DNA of 64,000 bases from Acidobacteriota bacterium (lineage in GTDB: Bacteria; Acidobacteriota; UBA4820; DSQY01). The notes under the pieces are model-generated. The model saw only the letters and a program-made list of their open reading frames with translations. It had not been told where the DNA came from and ran no database searches. Location of the stretch: positions 46,325 through 110,324 of the forward strand of contig JBBIKI010000001.1 in assembly GCA_037445535.1 (NCBI GenBank), written 5' to 3'. Positions 8,434 to 19,410 of the stretch are shown here, in pieces; the first letter of the stretch is position 1; each line of letters begins with the position of its first letter. Both the position numbers and the translations under genes were made by a program.

Positions 8434-11079
8434 TCAGGACTCCTTGTTGTTGCCGGCCGGTTCCTTCGCCCGCGCCACTTCAAGGGCGAGGGCAAGCTCT
8501 TCCTCCTTGGTCGCGCAGCGGCCCTCGAGTTTGGCGGCGCGCGCTGCGTCCAGAGCCCTGGCGATGACGTTGGAGGGCGGAACCCCGGCCCGGGTTAAGT
8601 CCCGCCCCGTGATCTCCAGGGCCAGGAATCGGTCCCGGACGAGGAAATCGCGGACCCGGGCCTGTCCCGCGGGGCCGTCCACCTTAGCCAGGAGGAAGAG
8701 GACCCACTCGATGGGCTGTCCCGCCAGGGCACGGTAGGCCCGCGAGCGGGGAGCGAGACCTTCTCCGCCAACCTCCCGCAGGGCGTGCCACGTGGTGCTC
8801 CGGTACCGGGACAGGAGCTCCTTGGTCTTGCGCGAGAAGGGGTAGCGGGCCAGGAAATCGGCCGTGTTCTGCGTGGGCAGGCGCTCAAGGAGGGCCATGA
8901 AGTACACGCAGGGCCGGTCCAAAGGCGAGTCGGGGAACTGGGTCTCGAAAAAATCCACGGCCTTTTGCACCCGGTAAAGGGATTCCACCACTTTGGGGGT
9001 GAGTTTGAGCGCGGGCCAGAACACCTGGAGGAGGCCGTAGGTCTCCATGGCCTTGAGGCCCTCCACGGCGTTGGACCCGGAGAGGGCCTGGGCCACCTCC
9101 GCCAGCACGCGCTTGGGGGACAGGTGGCGGAAAACGCCCTGTCGGTGAGCCGCGGCGATGAGCCTCTCGGTTTCGGGCATGAGGGTGAACCCGAGGCGCA
9201 CGGCAAAGCGCACGGCCCGAAAGGCGCGGGTGGGGTCTTCCACGAACGAGAGGCCGTGGAGAACCCTCAGGCGCCCCGCCTTGAGGTCCCTCACGCCCCC
9301 GAAGAGATCCAGGATTTCCCCATGCCGGTCCGGGGTAATGGCCATGGCCAGGGCGTTGATGGTGAAATCCCGCCGGTAGAGGTCCTGGTAGAGGGCCGCG
9401 TGGGCCACCGTGGGCAGCGCCGCCGGGGCTTCGTAGTACTCCGCGCGGGCCGTGGCGAAGTCCCAGTGGCCGCCCCCGGGGCGAACCCACACGGCGGTGC
9501 CGAAGGCGGAATGGGCCCTGACATGGCCTCCCTGCTCGGCGGCCCACGCTTCGGCCAAGTCTGCCGCGTCTCCCTCCACCACGAAGTCCACATCCTTCAC
9601 TGGGCGCCTGAGGAGGAGGTCCCTCACGGCCCCCCCCACGAGCAGGCAGGAAACCTCCCTGGCCGCGGCCAGTCTGCCGAGAGCCAGGAGCCGCTCGCCT
9701 TCTTCCGCGGTGAAGGAGGCCTTCACCAAGTGGGATACCTCCCAGGCCGAGGGATGGCCTCCTCCGCGATGGAAGGGGCGGTCGCCCGTCTCCCGGTAGA
9801 GGGTTTTGAAGAGGGCCATGCGGGAGATGAGGCCCTCCACCCGCTCGGGAGAATCGCCGAAGAGGGCGATGCGCCAATTGCGCTCCATCATCTGGCGCCG
9901 CACCTCCTCCACGGGGGTATCAGGCGGCAAGAGGGGGGGCCGGGAGACCACCAGGTCCCCCACGGGAGATTCGCCCAGCCCGTGCTGCAGGGCCCCGTCC
10001 ACCTCCTGGCGCGTCACGACGCCCGCCAGGCGGCCTTCCGCGAACATGGGGAGGGCGTTGACGCGGAACCGGTTCATCTCCCGGAACGCTTCGCGCGTGG
10101 TGGCGGACCCTTCGATGCGCCGGAAGTTCCGCGTCATGACGTCCGCCGCCTTCAGCCCCACGGGGTGGGCGGACGTGAGCTCGTCCAGAAGCAAGAGGCG
10201 AGCTTCCTCGGGGGTCCGGTCGCGGACCACGGCCGAGGCGGCCGAGGCGTGCCCGCCCCCGCCGAAGACCGCCAGCACCTGCCGGACGTCCACGAGGGGA
10301 GTCCGTGACCTCGCGATGATGTGGACGCGGCTCTCCATGGAGGCGAGGAGGAAGAGGGCTTCCAGCCCCTCGATGGCCAAGATTTCATGGGCGAGCAGGC
10401 TCAGGTCGGGCACGTAGGCGGGGGCGCTCAGGGTTGTTATGTGGACGCGCGCGCCGCCCACCAGGACCGACTCCAGGTTCTCCAGCAGGGGAGGCAGGAG
10501 CCGGAGCTGCTCCTCCGTAAGGCCCCGCCGGAGGGTCCGGGATACCTGGCTCAGGTCTCCGCCCCAGGCCAGGCATGCCAGGACCGCCTCGAAATCCTCG
10601 GGCCGGGTGGTAGGGAAGGTAAGAAACCCCGTGTCCTCGTAAATGCCCAAGAGGAAAAGGGAGGCCTCGGCAGGTGAGGGGACCAGGCCCGCGCCTTGGA
10701 TGTGTTTAATGAGGACGGTCGTGCAGGCCCCCGCCTCGCTGACGGCATGGGTCTGGCCCCGGAGATCTCCCGGGCCCTCGTGATGATTGAAGACGTCCAA
10801 GATCACGGGGGGCTGGCGGTCCAGGAGCTCGGCCAGGGGGCCGATCCGGTCCCGGGAGGACACGTCCACGCACACCAAGCGCTCCACGGCGCCTAGGTCG
10901 AGGTCTTTCAAGGGCAGAACTTCGGAGACCTTCCCTCGGTGATCCTCCAGATACCGCCGCACGAGGGCCTCGGAGGCTCCCGAGAAGACCAGGGCCGCGC
11001 CCGGGTAAAGGAGGCGCGCGGCCACCATGCTGGCGAGGGAGTCAAAGTCCGCATTGGTGTGCGTCGTGATGACGATCAT
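8434..11079 (-). CDS. Multidomain DHH/DHHA1 phosphoesterase - tandem CBS - tRNA nucleotidyltransferase/poly(A) polymerase (CCA-adding-like) protein
   Basis: 881 aa. N-terminus MIVITTHTNADFDSLASMV (DHH) with GGGHASAA (DHHA1). Central CBS pair. C-terminal LLVGGAVRDLLLRRPVKDVDFVVEG and RRDFTINALA are hallmarks of the PolyA-pol head. Confidence 0.8.
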   Translation of the reverse strand: MIVITTHTNADFDSLASMVAARLLYPGAALVFSGASEALVRRYLEDHRGKVSEVLPLKDLDLGAVERLVCVDVSSRDRIGPLAELLDRQPPVILDVFNHHEGPGDLRGQTHAVSEAGACTTVLIKHIQGAGLVPSPAEASLFLLGIYEDTGFLTFPTTRPEDFEAVLACLAWGGDLSQVSRTLRRGLTEEQLRLLPPLLENLESVLVGGARVHITTLSAPAYVPDLSLLAHEILAIEGLEALFLLASMESRVHIIARSRTPLVDVRQVLAVFGGGGHASAASAVVRDRTPEEARLLLLDELTSAHPVGLKAADVMTRNFRRIEGSATTREAFREMNRFRVNALPMFAEGRLAGVVTRQEVDGALQHGLGESPVGDLVVSRPPLLPPDTPVEEVRRQMMERNWRIALFGDSPERVEGLISRMALFKTLYRETGDRPFHRGGGHPSAWEVSHLVKASFTAEEGERLLALGRLAAAREVSCLLVGGAVRDLLLRRPVKDVDFVVEGDAADLAEAWAAEQGGHVRAHSAFGTAVWVRPGGGHWDFATARAEYYEAPAALPTVAHAALYQDLYRRDFTINALAMAITPDRHGEILDLFGGVRDLKAGRLRVLHGLSFVEDPTRAFRAVRFAVRLGFTLMPETERLIAAAHRQGVFRHLSPKRVLAEVAQALSGSNAVEGLKAMETYGLLQVFWPALKLTPKVVESLYRVQKAVDFFETQFPDSPLDRPCVYFMALLERLPTQNTADFLARYPFSRKTKELLSRYRSTTWHALREVGGEGLAPRSRAYRALAGQPIEWVLFLLAKVDGPAGQARVRDFLVRDRFLALEITGRDLTRAGVPPSNVIARALDAARAAKLEGRCATKEEELALALEVARAKEPAGNNKES

Positions 11080-11186
11080 GGCCCCGGGAGCACGAACCTG
11101 AGGACAGGGCTCCGATCCGGCCGCCGCGTCCCCCTCCGGCCCCCCTCCTTCCGTCTTGCCCCCTGCCGTCCACCCCTCGTATTCTC

Positions 11187-12278
11187 CTACCTGCCCAGCA
11201 CCTTCTTGGTAGCGGCGAGGAACCGGTTGTTGCCGTCGCGGGTGTGCACCGTGACGCGCACGGACCGGGGGAAGCCGCCGCTCTTCTGGGGCCGAACGAT
11301 GACGCCCTCGCGCAGCAGCGCGCGGAAAAATTCGTCGGCGTCCATGGGGACGTCTACCATGAGGAAATTGGTCACGGAGGGGGTCACCTGGAGGCCCATG
11401 GCCTTCAGCTCGCCCGTGAGGTAGGCCAGCTCCACACGGTTGAGGGCCAGATAGGTCTGGACGAAGGCCTCGTCGTCGAGGGCCGCCAGGGCCGCTACCT
11501 GGGCCGGAGCGCTCGTGTTGAAGGGGGACCGGACCTTGTGGAGGGTCGTGATGACCTCGGGCTGGGCGAATCCGTACCCGACCCTGAGCGCCGCGAGCCC
11601 GTAAGCCTTGCTGAAGGTTCCAAGGACCAGGAGATTGGGGAACCGGTCCAGGAGGGGCAGCGCGGAGCCGTAGTCCGGGGTCTCCGCGAATTCCTTGTAG
11701 GCCTCATCCATGACCACCAGGGCCGTTTCGGGAACGCGCTCCAGAAACCGCTCCACGTCCCTTAGGGCATTATAGGTGCCCGTGGGATTGTTGGGGTTGG
11801 CCACGATGACCAAGCGGGTCTTCTCGTCCATGAGGTCCAGCATGGCGTGGAGGTCGTGGGTCCGGTCCCGCATGGGTGATTGGCGGACCTCTCCGTTCAC
11901 GATTTGGCAGGCGATCGCGTACATGGCGAAGGAGCCTTGGCTGAAGACCGCGTTCACTCCGGGGCACAGGTAGGCCCGGGCCGACATCTCCACCAGCTCC
12001 ACGGAGCCGTTGCCCAGGATGACCCGCGCCGGATCCACTCCGTACCGGGCGCCCAGAGCCCGGCAGAGGTAAAATCCCGCCCCGTCGGGGTAGATGTGAA
12101 TCTTGTCCAGGAATCCCTTGAGAGCCTCGATGGCCCTGGGAGAGGGACCCAGCGGGTTTTCGTTGGAGGCCATTTTCACGGTGCGGGTCAGGCCCAACTC
12201 GCGCTCCACCTCTTCGATGGGTTTGCCTGGGATGTAAGGCTTGATGGTCTCGATGTAGGGCGGGGCGGGGATCCTCAT
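11187..12278 (-). CDS. hisC: Histidinol-phosphate aminotransferase
   Basis: 363 aa. KMASNENPLGPSP motif, a class-II aminotransferase fold, and PLP-Lys context FSKAYGLA. Confidence 0.85.
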   Translation of the reverse strand: MRIPAPPYIETIKPYIPGKPIEEVERELGLTRTVKMASNENPLGPSPRAIEALKGFLDKIHIYPDGAGFYLCRALGARYGVDPARVILGNGSVELVEMSARAYLCPGVNAVFSQGSFAMYAIACQIVNGEVRQSPMRDRTHDLHAMLDLMDEKTRLVIVANPNNPTGTYNALRDVERFLERVPETALVVMDEAYKEFAETPDYGSALPLLDRFPNLLVLGTFSKAYGLAALRVGYGFAQPEVITTLHKVRSPFNTSAPAQVAALAALDDEAFVQTYLALNRVELAYLTGELKAMGLQVTPSVTNFLMVDVPMDADEFFRALLREGVIVRPQKSGGFPRSVRVTVHTRDGNNRFLAATKKVLGR

Positions 12279-12288
12279 TCAATCCTCC

Positions 12289-13044
12289 TCAGGGTTCCGG
12301 CGGCATTCCCGTGTGCTTCCTCAGGGCGGCAACCTCTTCGGGAGTGAGCGGGCGGACCTCGCCGGGTTTCATTTTGCCAAGCAGGACCGGGCCCATGGCA
12401 GTCCGCTTGAGCTTGATGACGGGGTGTTCCACGCGGAAGAACATTTCGCGGAGCTGGTTTTTTCGGCCTTCGGTCATGTCCACCTGGAGCCAGGTGTGGC
12501 GCGTCTCCCGGGCGGGTATGCGCCGGATCGTGACAGGCTGGGTGCGGCGGCCCTCCAGCACGATGCCCCTTCGGAGGCGGTCGAGAGCCTCGTGGGGCGG
12601 ATCGCCCTTGACCTTCACGTGATACGTTTTAACCACTTTATAGCGGGGATGGAGGAGGCGGTTGGCCATCTCGCCGTCGCTGGTGAGGAGCAGGAGCCCC
12701 TCGCTGTGGTAGTCCAGCCGCCCCACGGGGAAGACACCCTTGGAGGCCTTGGGCAGGAGGTCCTTCAGGCACGGGCGGCCCTCGGGGTCCTCCAGGGTGC
12801 TCACCACTTCTTTGGGCTTGTAGAGGGCGAAATAGGCGCCGCCCTTGAGCAGGTGGACCCGGCGGCCGTCCACCTTCACGGCGTCCCGTCCCGGATCCAC
12901 GAGGGTGGCGAGTTCCGGCGCCACCTGGCCGTTGATGGTCACCCGGCCATCCAGGACGAGGGCTTCGGCGGCGCGCCGGGAGGCCACGCCGGCCCGGGCC
13001 AGGAACTGATTGATCCGCATGGTTCCGCGCTCGTCATTGGACAC
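12289..13044 (-). CDS. rluB: Pseudouridine synthase, RsuA/RluB family
   Basis: S4 domain MRINQFLARAGVASRR, with the catalytic region VFPVGRLDYHSEGLLLLTSDG. Confidence 0.8.
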   Translation of the reverse strand: MSNDERGTMRINQFLARAGVASRRAAEALVLDGRVTINGQVAPELATLVDPGRDAVKVDGRRVHLLKGGAYFALYKPKEVVSTLEDPEGRPCLKDLLPKASKGVFPVGRLDYHSEGLLLLTSDGEMANRLLHPRYKVVKTYHVKVKGDPPHEALDRLRRGIVLEGRRTQPVTIRRIPARETRHTWLQVDMTEGRKNQLREMFFRVEHPVIKLKRTAMGPVLLGKMKPGEVRPLTPEEVAALRKHTGMPPEP

Positions 13045-13738
13045 GGCAGGCCTCCTCTTCGGCCCCGCCGGCGGGGGCCTCCGTCTTCTGGAGCCCGTCC
13101 TCGGAGGGTTCGGTGGGGGGCTCGGCGGTCGTCTCCGAGGCGGGTTCGGCGGCGGGCGCAGGCCCCGCGTCCTTGAACAGGCTTTCCTGCCGGACGCCCT
13201 CGCGGAAGACCTCCTCGATCTCCCTGAAGGACGGCAGGTCTTCTAGGGAGTTCAATCCGAAATGAACGAGAAACTCCTTGGTGGTGCCATAGAGGAGGGG
13301 CTTGCCCACCACGTTTTTCCGGCCCGTGATCCGGATGAGTTTCTTGTCCAGAAGTCCTTTCACGACGGAGCCCGACTCGGTGCCCCGGATGGCGCTCACC
13401 TCGGCGCTGGTAACGGGCTGCTTGTAGGCCACGATGGCCAGGGCTTCCACGGAGGCGGGAGTGAGCTTGCGCAGGTTCTGGGCCTTGAGGAAGCTGCGGA
13501 CGAAAAGGGCGTGGGGCGGGCGCGTCACCAAACGGAACCCCTCCGCCACCCGCTCTACCCTCAAGCCCTGGGACTCCTGCTCATAGCGGGACTGGAGGGC
13601 CTCAAGAAGGGAGAGGGCTACGGCGGGGGTCACCTCCCCGTCTAGGGCCTCCGTGACCTGCTGAGCCGTGACGGGGCCCGAGGAGACAAAGAGGATGGCC
13701 TCCACGGCGCCCAGCCGGTCCGATTCTCGCATGGCCAC
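13034..13738 (-). CDS. scpB: Segregation and condensation protein B
   Basis: Winged-helix ScpB motifs [12 protein letters not shown] and [15 protein letters not shown]. Overlaps rluB by 11 nt. Confidence 0.85.
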   Translation of the reverse strand: MAMRESDRLGAVEAILFVSSGPVTAQQVTEALDGEVTPAVALSLLEALQSRYEQESQGLRVERVAEGFRLVTRPPHALFVRSFLKAQNLRKLTPASVEALAIVAYKQPVTSAEVSAIRGTESGSVVKGLLDKKLIRITGRKNVVGKPLLYGTTKEFLVHFGLNSLEDLPSFREIEEVFREGVRQESLFKDAGPAPAAEPASETTAEPPTEPSEDGLQKTEAPAGGAEEEACRVQ

Positions 13739-13887
13739 CTCCCGCCGAACACCAATTCTACCAGAAACTTGCCTCTGGCACCGCCTGTCGGAGGGACGGA
13801 CCCTTGCCAGCCCGCCGCCGTCCTGGTAGGGTACTTCCGGGCCGACGCGCCACTGCCCCGGAGGACGTTGCCGTGATCAAACCCGTG

Positions 13888-16800
13888 ATGCCCAAGTCCG
13901 TCCTGGTTATCGGCTCAGGACCCATCGTCATCGGCCAAGCCTGCGAGTTTGACTATTCGGGCGTCCAGGCGCTCAAAGCCTTGAAAGAAGAAGGCATCCG
14001 CACGATCCTCGTGAACAACAATCCGGCCACCATCATGACGGACCCCGATCTGTGCGGCGCCACCTACCTGGAGCCCATCGAGCCCTGGGCCCTGGAGGCG
14101 ATCCTGGACAAGGAGCGGCCCGAAGCCATCCTTCCCACGGTAGGCGGCCAGACGGCCCTCAATGCGGCCATGGTCCTGCACCAGAGCGGGGTCCTGGACC
14201 GATTCGGATGCCACCTCATCGGGGCAAGCCCTCAGGCCATCCGCGCCGCGGAGGACCGGGACGCCTTCAAGGCCGTCCTGGCCCGGCACGGCATGGAAAC
14301 CTCCCGCTCCTTCGTGGCACGGTCCGTGGAAGAGGGGCTGGCACGGGTGGCGGAGGTTGGCTATCCCGCGATCCTGCGCCCCTCCTTCACCTTAGGCGGG
14401 GCAGGAGGAGGCATCGCCAGAACGGAGGCGGAGTTCGGACCGCTCTTGGCCTACGGCCTGGCCCTGAGCCCCTCGGGCAGCGTGCTGGTGGAGGAATCCC
14501 TCATCGGGTGGAAGGAATTCGAGCTGGAGGTGATACGGGACCGGGCCGACAACGTGGTGGTCATCTGCTCCATCGAGAATCTGGACCCCATGGGTGTGCA
14601 CACGGGCGATAGCGTCACCGTGGCCCCCGCCCAGACCCTCTCCGACAAGGAATACCAATGGATGCGCGACTGGGCCAAGCGGGTCATCCGCGCCGTAGGC
14701 GTGGACACGGGGGGCAGCAACATCCAGTTCGCCCTCCACCCCCAGACGGGCCGCATGGTCGTCATCGAAATGAACCCCCGTGTATCGCGGTCCTCGGCCC
14801 TGGCGAGCAAGGCCACGGGCTACCCCATCGCCCGCGTGGCCACCCAGCTCGCCCTCGGCTACACCCTGGACCAGCTCCCCAACCTCATCACCCGGACCAC
14901 CCCCGCGGCCTTCGAACCGGCCCTGGACTACGTGGTCGTGAAAATCCCCCGGTGGTCCTTCGACAAGTTCCGGGAGACGGACCCCACCCTTTCCACCCAC
15001 ATGAAGTCCATCGGCGAGGTCATGGCCATCGGGCGCACCTTCAAGGAAGCCCTCCAAAAGGCCCTGCGCTCCGTCGAGATAGGGCGGTACGGACTGCTCG
15101 ACGGCGTGCCTCCCGTGCCCGATGCGGACACCCTCAAGGCCAAGCTCGCCATCCCCAACTGGGAACGCCTCTTCTACACGGCGCTGGCCTTCCAGCACGG
15201 CCTCTGTGTGGATGAGGTCCGGGACCTCTCGGGGATGGACCCGTGGTTCCTGGAGCAGATGGCCCAGCTCGTGGCCACGGAGAACCGCCTTCGCTTCTTC
15301 AGCGCCGAGTCCTGCCCCGCGGACCTCCTGATTCAGGCCAAGGAGGAGGGGTTCGCGGACCGAAGGCTATGCAAGCTGTGGGACGTGCCCGAGGCGCAGG
15401 TTCGCCAGCGCCGGGAGGCCATGGGGCTGAGACCCGTCTACCTCGGCGTGGACACCTGCGCCGCCGAGTTCGAGGCCAAGACTCCCTACTTTTACAGCTC
15501 CTACTCGGGGATATCCGAGGGTGTCCCCCTGGCGGGGAAAAAAGTGGTCGTGGTAGGAAGCGGCCCCAACCGGGTGGGCCAGGGCATCGAATTCGACTAC
15601 TGCTGCTGCCAGGCCGTCTTCGGCCTGAGGGACGAGGGTTACGAGACGATCATGGTGAACTGCAACCCGGAGACCGTGTCCACGGATTTCGACACGGCCG
15701 GGCGCCTCTACTTCGAGCCCGTGACCCTGGAGGACGTGAAGGCCATTCTGGACAGGGAACGGCCCGGCGGCGTGGTCCTCACCTTCGGCGGGCAGACCCC
15801 CCTCAAACTGGCCAGAGAACTGGAATCTCTCGGCTACCCCCTGTGGGGCACCTCGCCGCGGGCCATCCACCGGGCCGAGGACCGCCAGGAGTTTCAAGCC
15901 CTGTGCCAGAAGCTCGGCCTGAACGCCCCGCCGGGCACCACGGCGCGCAACCTCGAAGAGGCCCACGCCAAGGCCCGCGAGCTCGGGTTTCCCCTCATGG
16001 TACGGCCCTCCTACGTCCTCGGCGGCCAAGGGATGGCCCTCCTCACCGAGGAAGCCCACCTGGACCAGTACCTTGCCCAGGCCATTGAAGTCAGCGAGGA
16101 CCACCCGCTCCTGCTGGACACCTTCCTCCAGGACGCCGTGGAGATCGACGTGGACGCCCTGTGCGACGGGCGGGACGTGGTGATGGCGGGGATGCTCGAG
16201 CACATCGAGAAAGCGGGCATCCATTCAGGAGACTCCTCCCAGGTCTTTCCGCCCCAGACTCTTCCCCCGGACATCCAGGCCCGGGTGGAGAATCTCACGC
16301 GCCAGGTGGCGCTGGAACTGGGAGTCGTGGGCATGCTGAATCTCCAGTTCGCCTGGAACCGGGAGGGCCTCTTCGTCCTGGAGGTGAACCCCCGCGTTTC
16401 CCGCACCGTCCCCTTCCTGTCCAAGGCCCGCAAGGTGCCCTTCGCACGGCTGGCCGCCCGCCTCATGGCCGGGCGCATGCTATCAGACATGCCTGAGCTC
16501 ACGGGCTTGGCCGGGGACCGCCCAGAGGGCCTGGTGTTCGTCAAAGCCAGCGTCTTCCCCTTCGCGCGGCTTTTGGGAGAGGACCCCGTTCTGGGTCCCG
16601 AGATGAAGTCCACGGGCGAGGTCATGGGCGTAGCCCCCGCGTTCGGAGCGGCCTTTGCCAAGGCACTGTCCGGTGCCGGCGTGCCCCTCCCCCAAGGCGG
16701 GGCCGTCTTCCTCAGCGTACGGGACCAGGACAAGGAGGCCCTCGTGCCCGTGGCCCGGGGGCTGGCGGACCTCGGGTTCGCCCTCGTCGCCACCCAGGGC

Positions 16801-17088
16801 ACCCGGCTCCACCTGGAGCAACGAGGCGTCCCCGTGGGTGCCGTCAACAAGGTAGGGGAGGGCAAGCCCAACGCCGCGGACCTTCTCAAGGCCGGAACCT
16901 TGCGCCTCGTCATCAACACGCCCATGGGCCGGAAGAGCCAGCGGGACGAGGCCAGCATCCGGTGCCAGGCCATGGCCTTGGGCGTGCCCTGCATCACCAC
17001 CGTGGAAGGCGCCCGCGCTGCCCTCGAAGGAATTCGCGCGCTCAAAGGCGGCCGTCTCTCCGTCTCTCCTCTCCAGTTCTGGCCCTGA
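13888..17088 (+). CDS. carB: Carbamoyl-phosphate synthase large subunit
   Basis: [25 protein letters not shown], with duplicated ATP-grasp halves and a C-terminal MGS-like domain. The six-frame ORF starts earlier at a TTG; the ATG at 13888 matches the canonical CarB N-terminus. About 1067 aa. Confidence 0.95.
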   Translation: MPKSVLVIGSGPIVIGQACEFDYSGVQALKALKEEGIRTILVNNNPATIMTDPDLCGATYLEPIEPWALEAILDKERPEAILPTVGGQTALNAAMVLHQSGVLDRFGCHLIGASPQAIRAAEDRDAFKAVLARHGMETSRSFVARSVEEGLARVAEVGYPAILRPSFTLGGAGGGIARTEAEFGPLLAYGLALSPSGSVLVEESLIGWKEFELEVIRDRADNVVVICSIENLDPMGVHTGDSVTVAPAQTLSDKEYQWMRDWAKRVIRAVGVDTGGSNIQFALHPQTGRMVVIEMNPRVSRSSALASKATGYPIARVATQLALGYTLDQLPNLITRTTPAAFEPALDYVVVKIPRWSFDKFRETDPTLSTHMKSIGEVMAIGRTFKEALQKALRSVEIGRYGLLDGVPPVPDADTLKAKLAIPNWERLFYTALAFQHGLCVDEVRDLSGMDPWFLEQMAQLVATENRLRFFSAESCPADLLIQAKEEGFADRRLCKLWDVPEAQVRQRREAMGLRPVYLGVDTCAAEFEAKTPYFYSSYSGISEGVPLAGKKVVVVGSGPNRVGQGIEFDYCCCQAVFGLRDEGYETIMVNCNPETVSTDFDTAGRLYFEPVTLEDVKAILDRERPGGVVLTFGGQTPLKLARELESLGYPLWGTSPRAIHRAEDRQEFQALCQKLGLNAPPGTTARNLEEAHAKARELGFPLMVRPSYVLGGQGMALLTEEAHLDQYLAQAIEVSEDHPLLLDTFLQDAVEIDVDALCDGRDVVMAGMLEHIEKAGIHSGDSSQVFPPQTLPPDIQARVENLTRQVALELGVVGMLNLQFAWNREGLFVLEVNPRVSRTVPFLSKARKVPFARLAARLMAGRMLSDMPELTGLAGDRPEGLVFVKASVFPFARLLGEDPVLGPEMKSTGEVMGVAPAFGAAFAKALSGAGVPLPQGGAVFLSVRDQDKEALVPVARGLADLGFALVATQGTRLHLEQRGVPVGAVNKVGEGKPNAADLLKAGTLRLVINTPMGRKSQRDEASIRCQAMALGVPCITTVEGARAALEGIRALKGGRLSVSPLQFWP

Positions 17089-17222
17089 CGCGAGCAGGAA
17101 CTGGTGCCAGCCCCCTCGTGGGCTACCCCTGGAGCCGGCGGGGCAGTATACTGTCCAGGAGATTGGTGCGCAGGTTATCTTGAAGGCGGCGAGGGTGAAA
17201 GCCTGCGCGAAGGAGGTGGGAC

Positions 17223-17888
17223 GTGCGCGTGGTAGCCGTTGCATCCGTGAATCCGGAGGAAGCACGGGCCATCGGTCTTGGGCTTGGCCTTCTGGCCAGG
17301 GCCGATCTTCGCGTGGAGCATGTGCAGCCCGAGGAGACCCTCGTGGACAGGCTCGTCCTTCGGGACCCGCCGGACCTTCTCCTCATAGACGCCGACATGG
17401 CCAGGTTTCAGCCCTTCCTCGCCATCAAGGCGCTCAGGCGGTTCAGCGCGTTCATGCTCCTGCCCATCTTCGTGGTGTCCGAGGTGGATCGTGCCGAGGA
17501 TGCCAGGGCGGCCGGGGCTACGCGGTTTTTCAGAAAACCGGTCCAAGAGAAGGACCTGGAGGACGCGCTGGCGCGCTTTGTAAAGCCCGTCCTGCGCAAG
17601 GCGCCGCGCAAGGGGCTGCGCGGGCCGTGCGTGGTGTCCAAGGGCGGCCTCAAGTACGAGGGGCGCATCAGCGATGTCTCCATCTTGGGGGCGCAGGTGG
17701 TGGTCTCCGACCGTATACCCGTGGGGACCATGATCCAGCTTGGCTTTGCCCTCATCATGCAGAAGACGCCCCACGTCATCCGGGTCAACGCCCGCATCGT
17801 GCGGGAGGTCCCAGGGGGATACGGCCTGGCGTTCAGCGCCCTGGATCAGCAGGCCCGGGGTCTCATCGCGGCCTTCGCCAAAGCGTGA
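17223..17888 (+). CDS. Response-regulator receiver (REC) - PilZ domain protein (putative c-di-GMP binding)
   Basis: N-terminal REC-like fold (LLLIDADMA Asp, conserved Ser and FFRKP Lys). C-terminal PilZ signatures RKAPRKGLR (RxxxR) and DVSILGAQV (DxSxxG). RBS AGGAGG 6 nt before the GTG. Confidence 0.7.
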   Translation: MRVVAVASVNPEEARAIGLGLGLLARADLRVEHVQPEETLVDRLVLRDPPDLLLIDADMARFQPFLAIKALRRFSAFMLLPIFVVSEVDRAEDARAAGATRFFRKPVQEKDLEDALARFVKPVLRKAPRKGLRGPCVVSKGGLKYEGRISDVSILGAQVVVSDRIPVGTMIQLGFALIMQKTPHVIRVNARIVREVPGGYGLAFSALDQQARGLIAAFAKA

Positions 17889-18051
17889 GAGTCCGGCGGC
17901 ATGTGACCAGAAGGATGATGCATTCATCAAGCATCAGAAGGCCCAAGGGTACACCGCGATAGACCATCGGTTCATGCGTAGCTCCTGCGGCGTATTCCTT
18001 TGCTTTTCACGTTTTACTATTGACGTTGCACTAGCCTTTTAGGGGGATGTC

Positions 18052-19410
18052 ATGCGATCCGTCAATCCGGCTACGGGAGAGATCATCGGCGACTACCCGG
18101 AACACGGGCCAGAGGAAGTTACGGCCATTCTGTCTCGCGCCCAGGACGCCTTTCAGGCCTGGAGGAACGTACCCTTCGCCGGGCGGAGAGCCCTCATGAA
18201 AGGCGCGGCGGCGGAGCTTCGATGCCACCAGGAAGACTATGCACGGCTCATGACCGCCGAGATGGGGAAGACCCTCGCGGCGGCCAAGGCCGAGGCGGAA
18301 AAGTGCGCCCTGTGCTGTGATTTCTACGCCGAACACGGGGAGTTTTTCCTGGCTCCCGAGACCGTGGCCACGGACGCCTCCCGCAGCCTGATTCGGTACG
18401 ACCCCCTTGGGCCCATCCTGGCGGTCATGCCTTGGAACTTTCCCTTCTGGCAGGTCTTCCGTTTCGCCGCCCCGGCCCTCATGGCGGGCAACGTTGGGCT
18501 CCTGAAGCACGCGTCAAACGTGCCCGGATGCGCCCTGGCCATCGAGGCCATTTTCAAGGAGGCGGGCTTCCCCCCGGGCTGTTTCCAAACGCTCATGATC
18601 GGGTCCGGGGCCGTGGACGCGGTCATCGCCAACCCCGCCGTCAGGGCGGTGACTCTCACGGGGAGCGAACCAGCGGGCATGGCCGTGGCGGCGGCGGCGG
18701 GGCGCGAGCTGAAGAAGACGGTCCTGGAGCTGGGCGGCTCGGACCCCTTCATCATCCTGGAAGACGCCGACATCCAGGCCGCGGCCCTCACGGCGGCCCA
18801 GGCCCGGTGCATCAACAACGGGCAGAGCTGCATCGCCGCCAAGCGCTTCATCGTGGTGGAGCCCGTGGCGGAGGCCTTTGAACAGGCCTTCCTGGCGGCC
18901 ATGGGGGCTCTGCGCGTGGGCGACCCCATGGATCCGGGGACGGATGTGGGACCCATGGCCCGCGAGGATCTTCGGAAGGAGCTACACGGCCAGGTGGAGC
19001 GCTCCGTGGCGGCGGGCGCCGTGCTCAGGCTCGGCGGCAAGCCCATGGAGGGGGAAGGCGCCTTCTACCCGCCCACGGTCCTGACGGGGGTGAAGCCGGG
19101 CGTGGCCGCCTTCGATGAGGAGACCTTCGGCCCCGTGGCGGCGGTGATCCGCGCCAAGGACGCAGGGGAGGCCGTATCCCTGGCCAACAGGTCGCCCTTC
19201 GGCCTCGGGGCGAGCCTGTGGACGAAAGACCTGCGTCGCGGCGAGGCTCTGGCCGCGCAGATCGAATCGGGCTCCGTTTTTATTAACGGCATGGTCAAAA
19301 GCGACCCCCGCCTTCCCTTCGGCGGCGTCAAGCACTCCGGCTACGGCCGCGAGCTGAGCGCCTTCGGCATCCGCGAGTTCGTCAACATCAAGACCGTGTG
19401 GATCGCCTAG
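18052..19410 (+). CDS. NAD(P)-dependent aldehyde dehydrogenase (succinate-semialdehyde dehydrogenase-like)
   Basis: 452 aa. ALDH family, with catalytic Cys in NNGQSCIAAKR and Glu in LELGGSDP. Confidence 0.85.
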   Translation: MRSVNPATGEIIGDYPEHGPEEVTAILSRAQDAFQAWRNVPFAGRRALMKGAAAELRCHQEDYARLMTAEMGKTLAAAKAEAEKCALCCDFYAEHGEFFLAPETVATDASRSLIRYDPLGPILAVMPWNFPFWQVFRFAAPALMAGNVGLLKHASNVPGCALAIEAIFKEAGFPPGCFQTLMIGSGAVDAVIANPAVRAVTLTGSEPAGMAVAAAAGRELKKTVLELGGSDPFIILEDADIQAAALTAAQARCINNGQSCIAAKRFIVVEPVAEAFEQAFLAAMGALRVGDPMDPGTDVGPMAREDLRKELHGQVERSVAAGAVLRLGGKPMEGEGAFYPPTVLTGVKPGVAAFDEETFGPVAAVIRAKDAGEAVSLANRSPFGLGASLWTKDLRRGEALAAQIESGSVFINGMVKSDPRLPFGGVKHSGYGRELSAFGIREFVNIKTVWIA

